Shown piece after piece: positions 8,951 to 17,796 of a DNA stretch of 64,000 nucleotides. Numbering within the stretch: the stretch's first letter is position 1; every line of letters begins with the position of its first letter. The position numbers were made by a program, and so were the translations under genes. The notes below the pieces were generated by a model that saw only the letters and a list, made by a program, of their open reading frames with translations, did no database searches and was not told the DNA's origin. Source of the DNA: an uncultured Gemmatimonadales bacterium (GTDB taxonomy: Bacteria > Gemmatimonadota > Gemmatimonadetes > Gemmatimonadales > GWC2-71-9); assembly GCA_963695555.1 (NCBI GenBank), contig CAVOGR010000005.1:224001-288000 (forward strand), given 5' to 3'.

Positions 8951-11294
8951 CAGGCTCCCACGAATACAGCATTCGGTAGACATCACGATTGCGGAGTACT
9001 GCGCGAACGTAGCCCCGGGTCTCGCGAAAGGGAATGCGCTCGGTGAAGACTTCGAGATCCTCGGATCCCGGCCGCATCTCCCAGCGGTCCACTCGCGACG
9101 TACCGGCGTTGTAGGCCGCGAGGACATGCGTGAGATTGGCCGATCGGCTCAGGAGATCTTCCAGATGCTTCACGCCAAGTTGCAGGCTCACATCGGGCTG
9201 GTACAACAGCACCGGATCCCAGAACGGAAAGCCCTGGGCCCGGGCCACCCGCCGACCGACATCCGGCATGATCTGCATCAGCCCGCGGGCGCCGGCCCGG
9301 GACGTTGCGGTGGGGTCGAAGTTGGACTCCTGGCGGATGAGCCCGGCCACCAGGGCCGGCTCAACACCGTGGGTACGGGCCAATTCGAGAATGCCATCCC
9401 GCTGGAGAATGGGATAGAGCAGCCTGAGAGTGCGAGCGTCCATCTGGGCGCCAAGGTCGACGGCGCGCCATGCCAACCGGATGGCCCGGGACACGCTCCC
9501 GATCCGGCTCAGACTCTCGGCCACTGCCAGCGTCATGTCCGCCGATTTGCCGGCTGACTCGGCGAGGGCCGCCTCCTCCATCTCGGCCTCCTCGCTGAGC
9601 CCGATCCGGCGGAGCAGCTCAATCCGGGCCGCGGCGCTGTCGGCTGCCGGGTAGCTCTGTCTCGAATCCGGCGCCGGCGGAATCGAGAGCGTGATACCGA
9701 GGCGGCGTGCGCTCAGGAATCCGTAATAGCTCCAAGGCTCCCGCTCGATGACGCGGTGCCAGCGTGCCTCGGCGGCCACGCTGTCGCCGGCGAGTTGCCA
9801 CGCCCGGCCGGCCCAGTAGAGCCCGGCCAGGGCCTCGGAGCTTGCCGCGTGCCTGTTGGACACCGTATCTAACTCGAAAGCGGCGGCGCGCGCCTGGCCG
9901 CCGACCAGGGCGATCAGTGCCGCTTGAAAACGCGCCGACGGGGCGTACGGACTCTCGGGCAACGCGGCGGCCGCCGCCCGATACGTTGCACGGGCCGCCT
10001 CGTCCCGTCCCTCATCGATGGCCAGATCTGACAGGAGGATCCGGGCGCGCACCGCGGCGAGCTCTCCGGGATAGGTGCGCAATATGTCGCGGAGGGCATC
10101 CCGGCTGCCGCCCAGTCCACCGCGGAGCAGAGACCGGGCTCTGAGATATGCCGCGTCGGCGGCCAGGCTCTTCGGCGCCTTGACCCTCTCGAATTGGGCT
10201 GCGGCCTCCGGATATTTCCCGAGCGACGCCAATGCGGAGCCGAAGGCGTAGCGGTCGCGCGCGGTACCACGACCGGCTGCGAAGGCACGGCGATACCCGG
10301 TAGCGGCCCGCGCGGTCATCCCGACGATGGACGCTGCCCGCGCCAGTACGAGCTCGTCCTCGGCCCCCAAGGCCTTGAACCTGCGATCGAGCAACGCGAT
10401 GGCGGGGCCAACAGCGTTGCGGGGGCGCTGGGTGGTGAGAATGTCGAGCAGCTCACGGCGAACGGCCTGTTCCCCGGCCGCCGTCCGAGCGAGATCCAGC
10501 TCGAGGTCGAGGGCGGCCGGCAGCTCGTTGGCCGCGCGGTAGATTCGGATGGCCGCGCTGGTGTCGCCGGTCGAAAGCCGGGCGTCGGCCTCGGTGGCCG
10601 AGATGCGGGACCGGACGGCCGGCAGGGTCAGCCGGTCATACACCGCGAACCGGTGGGCACTGTCGGCCGTTACCCCGGCCGCGCGGAGCAATAACCATTG
10701 CGCGACCAGCGGCAGTTCTTCGGCCGCCTCGCGATAGGCCTGGGCGGCGCTGTCGGGCGGTCCGACCCGCTCGTAGGCCCGCGCCAGCACGACCAATCGC
10801 TCGGCCCAATCGGGAGCATCGATCGTGGCCGCGGCTCGACGGGCGTGGCCGATTGCCGCGGAGTCGTCGGTCCGCTCGAGCGCCGCCCGCGCCAAGAGCG
10901 CCCGGGCGCGCCCCTGGAAGAGGGTATCCACCCACGTGTGATCGGCCAGGATTTGTTCGATGTGGTCCCAGCCGCTCCAGCCATTCGCCGCCTCGGCGGC
11001 AACCAGGACGGCCTCCGGTGTCCGCCTGGCCGTATCGGCGACGATCGGCTCGAGACGCAGCGTGGCCCGCCACGGCAGACCCTTGGCGATGTCGGCCCGG
11101 GCCGAGTCGACCGCTCGGTCGGAGGCTCGGGACAGGGTGGAGGACGTGAGCGGGACCGCGTCCGACTGCCCGCACGCCACTCCCGCGAAGGCCGATGCCA
11201 GGAGTCCCAGCAGGAGAGACTGGGGTGGGGGAAGGGGGATCGGCGGTGGCATGGGGAGGGGTCGTCTCCACTGGGCGGCGGTGTGCTGCGGCAC
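8946..11294 (-). CDS. Soluble lytic murein transglycosylase (Slt70-like) with TPR repeats, probable lipoprotein
   Basis: C-terminal SLT motifs IRQES, GARGLMQIMP, AAYNAG and IPFRETRGYV; N-terminal helical repeats; GVAC lipobox-like; start uncertain. Confidence 0.88.
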   Translation of the reverse strand: MPQHTAAQWRRPLPMPPPIPLPPPQSLLLGLLASAFAGVACGQSDAVPLTSSTLSRASDRAVDSARADIAKGLPWRATLRLEPIVADTARRTPEAVLVAAEAANGWSGWDHIEQILADHTWVDTLFQGRARALLARAALERTDDSAAIGHARRAAATIDAPDWAERLVVLARAYERVGPPDSAAQAYREAAEELPLVAQWLLLRAAGVTADSAHRFAVYDRLTLPAVRSRISATEADARLSTGDTSAAIRIYRAANELPAALDLELDLARTAAGEQAVRRELLDILTTQRPRNAVGPAIALLDRRFKALGAEDELVLARAASIVGMTARAATGYRRAFAAGRGTARDRYAFGSALASLGKYPEAAAQFERVKAPKSLAADAAYLRARSLLRGGLGGSRDALRDILRTYPGELAAVRARILLSDLAIDEGRDEAARATYRAAAAALPESPYAPSARFQAALIALVGGQARAAAFELDTVSNRHAASSEALAGLYWAGRAWQLAGDSVAAEARWHRVIEREPWSYYGFLSARRLGITLSIPPAPDSRQSYPAADSAAARIELLRRIGLSEEAEMEEAALAESAGKSADMTLAVAESLSRIGSVSRAIRLAWRAVDLGAQMDARTLRLLYPILQRDGILELARTHGVEPALVAGLIRQESNFDPTATSRAGARGLMQIMPDVGRRVARAQGFPFWDPVLLYQPDVSLQLGVKHLEDLLSRSANLTHVLAAYNAGTSRVDRWEMRPGSEDLEVFTERIPFRETRGYVRAVLRNRDVYRMLYSWEPE

Positions 11295-11365
11295 GTGCTG
11301 AACGGCACGCGCCGAAACTCGGTCATGGAGTTTAGTCGCCCTGGTTGGTCCCCTTCAACTGCGCA

Positions 11366-14039
11366 TCATAGCGATTCGAAGCGTCCCTGGAAGAAACGCA
11401 ACTTGGCCGGCTCATAGACGAACCGCAGTCCCGTGATTTGCTGGCGCCGCTCATACAGTCGGATGACGCCCTCCGCCACGGCCTGCATGTGATCGTTACT
11501 GTAGACCCGGCGTGGGATGGTGAGGCGCACCAACTCCAAGGCCGGACGGTAGTTTTCCCCGGTCTCCGGATTTCGTCCTTTCGACACGTTGCCGCGTTCC
11601 ATCGCGCGGACACCGGTCTCGACGAAGATTTCCGCTGCGAGCCGCTGGGCGGGATACTCGTCCTGGTCGAGGTGGGAGAGGAATCGTTTGGCATCGAGGA
11701 AGATGGCGTGGCTCCCAGGCGGGACGACGATGGGGACGCCCGCATCTAGCAGCAGTTGCCCGAGATATGCGGTCTGCCGCACTCGCGAGCTGATGTACCG
11801 GTCATCGACCATCTCCTCGACCCCGCGCGCGATGGCCGCGAGATCGGCCGTGGCGAGTCCGCCGTCCGTGATGTTGCCCTCATAGACCCGGAGCAGGTCC
11901 TGGGCCTTTCGTGCCCATTCCGCGTTCTCGCGGAAGGCGAGGATGCCGCCGATGTTGATCAAGAAGTCTTTCTTCCCGCTCACCGTGCAGCCGTCCCCGT
12001 AGAGCATCATCTCCCGGAGAATGTCCGCCACTTTGACGTGATGGTACTTCGGGTCCCGGGATTGGATCATGTAGGCGTTCTCGGCAAACCGGGTGGCATC
12101 GAAGAAGATCGGGATGCCCGCGGCGCTGCAATACTCGTACACCTCCTTCATGTTCTGCATGCTCACCGGCTGGCCGCCCGCCATGTTGACCGAGTGTTCG
12201 AACGAGATGTAGGCAACGTTTGAGGCGCCGTGACGCTCGACCACGGCCTCGAGCTTCTCCAGGTCGATGTTCCCCTTCCACGGGTAGTCGAGTTCCGGCC
12301 GATGGGCCTCATCCACGATCACGTCGACGAACACGCCACCCGCGAACTCCTGGTGCAGCTTGGTGGTGGTGAAGTACATGTTGCCGGGCACCAGTTGCCC
12401 GGGCGTGATCATGATCTGGCTCAGGATGTGCTCCGCGGCCCGACCCTGATGGGTCGGGATGATGTGTTCGTAGCCGATCACGTCGCGCAGCACTTTGACG
12501 AGTCGGAGGTACTCGTCACTGGAAGTTGCGCTGGCGCGCGCGCCGTCGTATGCAGCCCATTGCGCATGGCTCATGGCCGAGGTGCCGGAATCGGTCAGCA
12601 GGTCGATGGCGACGTCCGCCGAGCGCAGCAGGAAGGTGTTGTAGCCGGCGGCGCGGATGGCCCGCTCGCGTTCGCCGCGGGTCAGTACACCCACCCGTTC
12701 CACCGTATGGATCTCGATAGGGGAAGACGTCGAAGGCAAAGGTCTCCAGCTCGGGGAAGATCCACCGGTATTCCATCTGATCGCGCCAGCTTCCCTCAAC
12801 CGTGGCCTGGAGCCCGCTCACCGCCTCACGCTGGCGATAGAGGCTGATGATAGCGTTTCCGACCTCATCGAGTTGTTCGTTGGTCATGGCCAGGCGCGGG
12901 ATCTGCACCGGCACGAGCCGGTCTCGTCCTACCAGCCCCTGCGCGAGGGCACGCACACCCGATATCAGAAACAGCGCAGCGGAGAGGGTATCCTGCGCAT
13001 GCCGGCCGACGTGCGGGAGGAACTCGTCGGCCTTGAGGTAGGCGCCGTCGCACCCGCGTTCGATCGGCACGCCCGCGTCGCGGAGTCGCTCGGTGAATCG
13101 CTCGGTTTGATGCATGACCCAGTGGACCTCGTCCTCATCACACATTTCCCGGAGACCCCGAGCCAGCACCTCCATCGTGCGCCCGGCCATGCCGCCGTAC
13201 GTGTGGAGGCCTTCGAAGACCACGACTTCGTTCACGAACTTCTCATGATCATCCGGATTGTCGGTGGTCAGGAGGCCACCGGTGTTGCACTTGGGGTCCT
13301 GGGCTCCATCGACCATCAGGATGTGGGTGGTCTTGACGATGTGGCGTACGATGTCGGCGATGGCACGATCGGCCTGGCCTGGTTCGTGGCGTTGGATGTA
13401 CCAGGCGTTTTCGATGATCCGGGAGCCGTCGCAGACCAGCCGCTTGCCGTACCGGTCGGCGAGGGCACGGAGGGCACGGAGATTCGTCAGGCTGAAGGGG
13501 TGTTGGCCATCGGCAAAGGTTTGGAGCCCGACGATGGCGACTCCAGCCTGTTGGAGGATCTTTTCGAGCTTGCCGAGGTCCACGTTGCCCGTGAAGACCC
13601 GCTCCGCGAGGTCGCGTACGTGGGGATAGGCCACCCCCAGCGGTTGGAGGACGTCCATGCCGGTGCGAGCGTTACTGGGGATCACGGAATCGGGGGGCAC
13701 CATCGTCGTGAGGACCAATTTCAGACAGCCCAGCATATTGTGGGTGGGGCAGACATAGCCATGCCCGAGGACCGCGGTAACCGCTTGTTCCAGCGATCCG
13801 AAATTCCGCGACCCCGCATAGGCTTCGTCGCCAATCAGCTGGCCGGCTAGTTGCTCCTGGCTCATGGCGCCGGTGCCCCGGGCACACATGTCGAAGGTGA
13901 CCTGGGTCGGTGTCAGGTTGAAGACATTGAAATGCGCTGCCGCCAGGTGCTGCTTCCGCTCCTCGAGCGAAGGGAATGAGAGGAGCCTGACGGTTTTGAT
14001 CTTGTGCGGCTCGTGCGGCACCATGGATCCTCCGGACAT
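11366..14039 (-). CDS. Tandem double-domain tyrosine phenol-lyase/tryptophanase-family protein (~890 aa; +1 frameshift at ~12716)
   Basis: ATG 14039 with a GGAG RBS. N-half (EPHKIKTV, GDEAYAGS, EGLHTYGG) joins the C-half (LLTDSGT, PTHQGRAAE, NMYFTTT, FDATR, SGKKD, AMERG, LRFFQGRF) if the single extra base in TTC CCC TAT c GAG ATC CAT is removed. Confidence 0.85.
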
Positions 14040-14279
14040 CGGGACGAAATCTCCGGCCGTGGACTCGCTCTGCCAGGCGTCTCGGGGCAGGCGCCGCGCG
14101 GGCCCGGCAGGCCGCTGAGGAAGATGGGCGGCCGGGGCCAACGAAATGGTGAAGCCAGTGTGAAGCGGTATTCCAGGAGACTACGCCAGCCATACCCTGG
14201 GCGCACAAGCGTTTCGCTGCTGCGGAGCGTGCCCCGTCGCGCTTGCGAATTCACGGCGCTCCGGACAGGTTTTGGCCGG

Positions 14280-14362
14280 GCCCGAGTGGCGGAATGGCAG
14301 ACGCAGTGGACTCAAAATCCACCGGGGGCAACCCCGTGCGAGTTCGACTCTCGCCTCGGGCA
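14280..14362 (+). tRNA. tRNA-Leu (CAA)
   Basis: Acceptor stem GCCCGAG/CTCGGGC, D-loop TGGCGGAATGGCAGAC, anticodon arm GTGGA-CTCAAAA-TCCAC, long variable arm, GTTCGAC T-loop; CCA not encoded. Confidence 0.96.
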
Positions 14363-14442
14363 CTGGCAATATTTCCGGCGCCTTCTCTGGGCCAGTGATT
14401 ACGGTCTGCGCTCCCGTCCCGAATCTTGAGGCCGGCTCCCCC

Positions 14443-15075
14443 ATGCTCCTTCCCGACGAGTTCCTGAAACTCCTGATCGCGCTCCTGGTGGGTGGGCTGA
14501 TCGGAGCCGAACGCGAGTTTCGTGACAAGTCCGCCGGCTTCCGTACCATGATCTTCATCTGCCTTGGCGCCACCTTCTTCACCATCTTCTCGGCGCGGCT
14601 CGGGGGCCCGGAGGACCCGGTGCGGATCGCCGCCAGCATCGTGAGCGGCATCGGCTTCCTCGGCGCGGGGGCTATTCTCCAGACCGGAGACAAGATCAAG
14701 GGACTGACTACCGCAGCCACCATCTGGCTCGTCGCGGCTCTCGGAATGGGGATCGGGGGCGGGCAGTACGCATCGGTGGCCATCGGCACAGGCGCGACCC
14801 TGGTGGTCCTCTGGGCCTTTCCATGGATCGAGATCTGGATCGACCGGGCGCACGAATCTCACACCTATGAGGTGGTGTGCCCGGTTCGATTCGAGAAGTT
14901 CGCGGAGATCGAGCAGCTGTTTCGCCAGCACGGACTCAAGTACCGGGGGCAAAAGCAGTATAGGGAGGGGGAGACGATGACGTGTGTGTTTGAGGCGGCG
15001 GGACGGCGACGGGGCCACGAGGCGGTGATGGCCACACTGTTCGCGGACCCCGAGGTGGTAGAGTTCAGGTTCTGA
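14443..15075 (+). CDS. MgtC/SapB family membrane protein
   Basis: GGLIGAERE, AGFRT, DPVRIAASIVSGIGFLGAG and GLTTAATIW motifs. Confidence 0.92.
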   Translation: MLLPDEFLKLLIALLVGGLIGAEREFRDKSAGFRTMIFICLGATFFTIFSARLGGPEDPVRIAASIVSGIGFLGAGAILQTGDKIKGLTTAATIWLVAALGMGIGGGQYASVAIGTGATLVVLWAFPWIEIWIDRAHESHTYEVVCPVRFEKFAEIEQLFRQHGLKYRGQKQYREGETMTCVFEAAGRRRGHEAVMATLFADPEVVEFRF

Positions 15076-15152
15076 AGCCCGTGTTCGGGCTATGAGATTA
15101 CATGAGATCTATTTCGTAAAACACATATATTACAGAGCATTACAAATTATTC

Positions 15153-15941
15153 ATGAGAAGTTACTGGAGCATCTGCAGGGTCCGGATGGGGATTGGTCTC
15201 TTGGTCCTCGGCTGCGGCGGGAGCACGGCGGGAGTCGTGCCCGCCGCGGGTCCGGGGCCTGAGCGGGGGCGGGCAGTCGGGTCGGACTCGCTGAGGCTCG
15301 AGGCCGTGTGGTCCGAAGCCGGGCCGGCGCCGGAGGGCAGTGCCATCAGCTTCCGGGTCACCTGGAGCCGAAACGGGGAGCATGTCGGGTCGGACACGAC
15401 CACCCAGCTCAGTCGAGGAGCCACGATCCGCCGCATGGGAAACGGCATTCCCGACACGGTCCTGGTGACCCTCTGGACGCTGAACCAAGGCGTGCCGTCC
15501 GAGCGGGCCAGCTGGAAGGAGCGAGTCTATCGGCCCAGGTCGGCCACAAGCGACACCATCGATCTGGGCCCGGCGCCACCACCCGAAACCAACATTCCCC
15601 GAGCCAGCCCCCAGGCGGGGGTCCCTGACTCGGCGGAGCCTACGGCCGACCCTGTCTCCGCCCGAGACCCCGCCCCTCCTCCCGCCCAACGGGCACCGAA
15701 GCCCGTGGCCCCAGCGCCCCAGGCTGGCGCAGCTCCCGCTGTCGCCCCTGCCCCCTCGCGAGCCATCCAGCGCGTGGTTGTCCGGGTGATGAACCCTCCC
15801 GCGTCTTGGGCGGCCAGGGGCTGGGATCGGGACTGCCCCGCGGGCATCCGGCCGGAGGGGCCGCTTGGCATGGTGATCGTGCCTGAAACGCCGGAGCGCT
15901 GCAAGCCGTATGTGGCCTCATACGGAACCACGCCGGAGTAG
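15153..15941 (+). CDS. Hypothetical proline-rich lipoprotein
   Basis: LLVLGC lipobox, beta-rich middle domain, Pro/Ala linker, C-terminal Cys pair; AT-rich upstream region. Confidence 0.55.
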   Translation: MRSYWSICRVRMGIGLLVLGCGGSTAGVVPAAGPGPERGRAVGSDSLRLEAVWSEAGPAPEGSAISFRVTWSRNGEHVGSDTTTQLSRGATIRRMGNGIPDTVLVTLWTLNQGVPSERASWKERVYRPRSATSDTIDLGPAPPPETNIPRASPQAGVPDSAEPTADPVSARDPAPPPAQRAPKPVAPAPQAGAAPAVAPAPSRAIQRVVVRVMNPPASWAARGWDRDCPAGIRPEGPLGMVIVPETPERCKPYVASYGTTPE

Positions 15942-16218
15942 CAGCCCCGCGCATCCCTCGCCAAGGAAGGGGGTCTTCGACGGAGCGCGCGATCTTGGTC
16001 GCCGCCCCGACTTCCGAACAATCTCTGGCGCCAGCGGCAATATTGTTGATATTGGTGTCTGGAGCGTGGTCTCGATGGCGAGACCGACGCGCCGCCGACC
16101 TCGGTGGGTACCCGCTCACGAGGTCGTTTCGTAGTGATTTCACGGGTTCTTCATTCACGGCTGACCAGCTTGACTCGCTGGGTGGCAGCGTCGGATCCTC
16201 TGGAAAGGAGTGAGTACT

Positions 16219-16857
16219 ATGCTACGACGTTCCTTGTCGGTTGTGTTCGCGGTCTTGTTCGCGGTGAGCCTGGCCGTGCCTCAGGCCTCGGCCCAGGGCA
16301 TCAAGGGTGGGGTCAAAGGTGGGGTGAACCTCGCCAAGTTGGGCGGAAGTGATGCCGGGAGCCTCGAGACCAAGGCCGGCCTTGTCGCCGGCGGGTTTGT
16401 GGAGTTCATGATCGGCAACATGTTCGCGATCCAGCCGGAAGTGCTCTACTCCCAGAAGGGCGCCAAGGAGAGCGTCGGTGGCGACGAGCTCAAGTTGAAG
16501 ATCGATTACGTCGAGGTGCCGGTGCTGCTCAAGATCAACATCCCGATCGAGGGCAGCAACGTTCATCCGAATGTCTATGCCGGCCCGGCCGTGGCCTTCA
16601 AGGCAAGCTGTAAGTTCTCCGGGAGTTCCGGCGGCGTTTCTTTCAGCGAGAGCTGTGATGACGCGGGTGTAATGGTCAAGAGCACCGATTTTGGCGTGGC
16701 GTTCGGTGGGGGGGTCAGTTTCGATGTCGGTGGGGCCGAGGTCGGCGTGGACGTGCGCTACACGCTCGGACTCACAAAGATCGACGATGAGCCCGATCCT
16801 GACAATGTCAAGAACAAGGTTATCTCGATCATGGGCACGGTGGGGTTCAGTCGCTGA
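16219..16857 (+). CDS. Outer-membrane beta-barrel protein (PorT/OmpA-like 8-stranded), paralog 1
   Basis: AAGGAG RBS, signal peptide ..ASAQ, GVKGGVN, IQPEVLYSQKG, YVEVPVLLK and DVRYTLGL motifs. Confidence 0.85.
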   Translation: MLRRSLSVVFAVLFAVSLAVPQASAQGIKGGVKGGVNLAKLGGSDAGSLETKAGLVAGGFVEFMIGNMFAIQPEVLYSQKGAKESVGGDELKLKIDYVEVPVLLKINIPIEGSNVHPNVYAGPAVAFKASCKFSGSSGGVSFSESCDDAGVMVKSTDFGVAFGGGVSFDVGGAEVGVDVRYTLGLTKIDDEPDPDNVKNKVISIMGTVGFSR

Positions 16858-16881
16858 GCTGATACCCTGTCTAGGAAGGGA

Positions 16882-16917
16882 AGCGCGGGCCGGCAGTTGC
16901 CGGCCCGCGCTGCTTTT
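16882..16917 (+). terminator. Intrinsic terminator
   Basis: 14-bp inverted repeat AGCGCGGGCCGGCA/TGCCGGCCCGCGCT followed by GCTTTT. Confidence 0.8.
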
Positions 16918-17048
16918 CAAAGAACATGTCGAGGGCGTGGTTTCTCCGTGTGCCATTTCGCACAATCTTCATCACCGCTTCACCCTCGATGCATGAGTTT
17001 TAGGCGCTGGAGTGGGGTTACCGGACCAAACGAGAAAGGAGTGGCGCC

Positions 17049-17711
17049 ATGCTACGACGTTCCTTGTGGGCCGTCCTCGGGGTCTTGTTCGCGGCGAGCC
17101 TGGCCGTGCCTCAGGCCTCGGCCCAGGGCATCAAGCTCGGGGTCAAGGGCGGGGTGAACATCGCCAACATCGGAGGGAGTGACATCGATGAGTTCGAGAC
17201 CGACCTCGGTGCCTCCACCGACAGCAAGGTCGGCCTTGTCGCCGGCGTATTCGCCGAGTTCATGATCGGGAACATGTTCGCGATTCAGCCGGAGGTGCTC
17301 TACTCGCAGAAGGGCTTCAAGGCGAGTGAAATGGGCGCCGAGGTCAAGTTGAAAGGCGATTATGTGGAAATCCCGGTGCTGCTCAAGATCAACATCCCGA
17401 TTGAGGGTAGCAAGGTGCATCCCCATGTCTATGCTGGCCCGGCCGTGGCCTTCAAGGCCAGCTGCAAGATCGAGGGGAGCTCCGGCAGCGCGTCAGCCAG
17501 CGTGGATTGTGAAGATGCGGGTCTCCTGATCAAGAGCACCGACTTCGGTGTGGCGTTCGGCGGAGGGGTCAGTGTCGATGTCGGCGGGGCCGAGGTCGGC
17601 GTCGATGTGCGTTACACGTTAGGGCTCACGTCCGTCGATGACGAGCCTGACCCGTACAGCATCAAGAACAAGGTCATTTCGATCATGGGGACAGTGGGTT
17701 TTTCCCGCTAG
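17049..17711 (+). CDS. Outer-membrane beta-barrel protein, paralog 2
   Basis: Near-identical signal peptide, RBS and barrel motifs to 16219-16857. Confidence 0.85.
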   Translation: MLRRSLWAVLGVLFAASLAVPQASAQGIKLGVKGGVNIANIGGSDIDEFETDLGASTDSKVGLVAGVFAEFMIGNMFAIQPEVLYSQKGFKASEMGAEVKLKGDYVEIPVLLKINIPIEGSKVHPHVYAGPAVAFKASCKIEGSSGSASASVDCEDAGLLIKSTDFGVAFGGGVSVDVGGAEVGVDVRYTLGLTSVDDEPDPYSIKNKVISIMGTVGFSR

Positions 17712-17734
17712 GCCATTTCAGCGTACCCAACGCA

Positions 17735-17764
17735 AGCGCGGGCCGGCGATCGCCGGCCCGCGCT
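17735..17764. terminator. Hairpin terminator between convergent genes (copy of the 16882 hairpin)
   Basis: AGCGCGGGCCGGCG-AT-CGCCGGCCCGCGCT. Confidence 0.75.
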
Positions 17765-17796
17765 GCTGTCTTGGACCTTCCGGCCACCGGCAGGAG

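Noticed and set aside
14040..14279. Possible TnaC-like leader peptide upstream of the TPL-like gene
   Set aside because: The aromatic-rich frames (WNTASHW; YRFTLASPFRW) have no nearby stop codon or RBS, so no discrete leader ORF can be supported.
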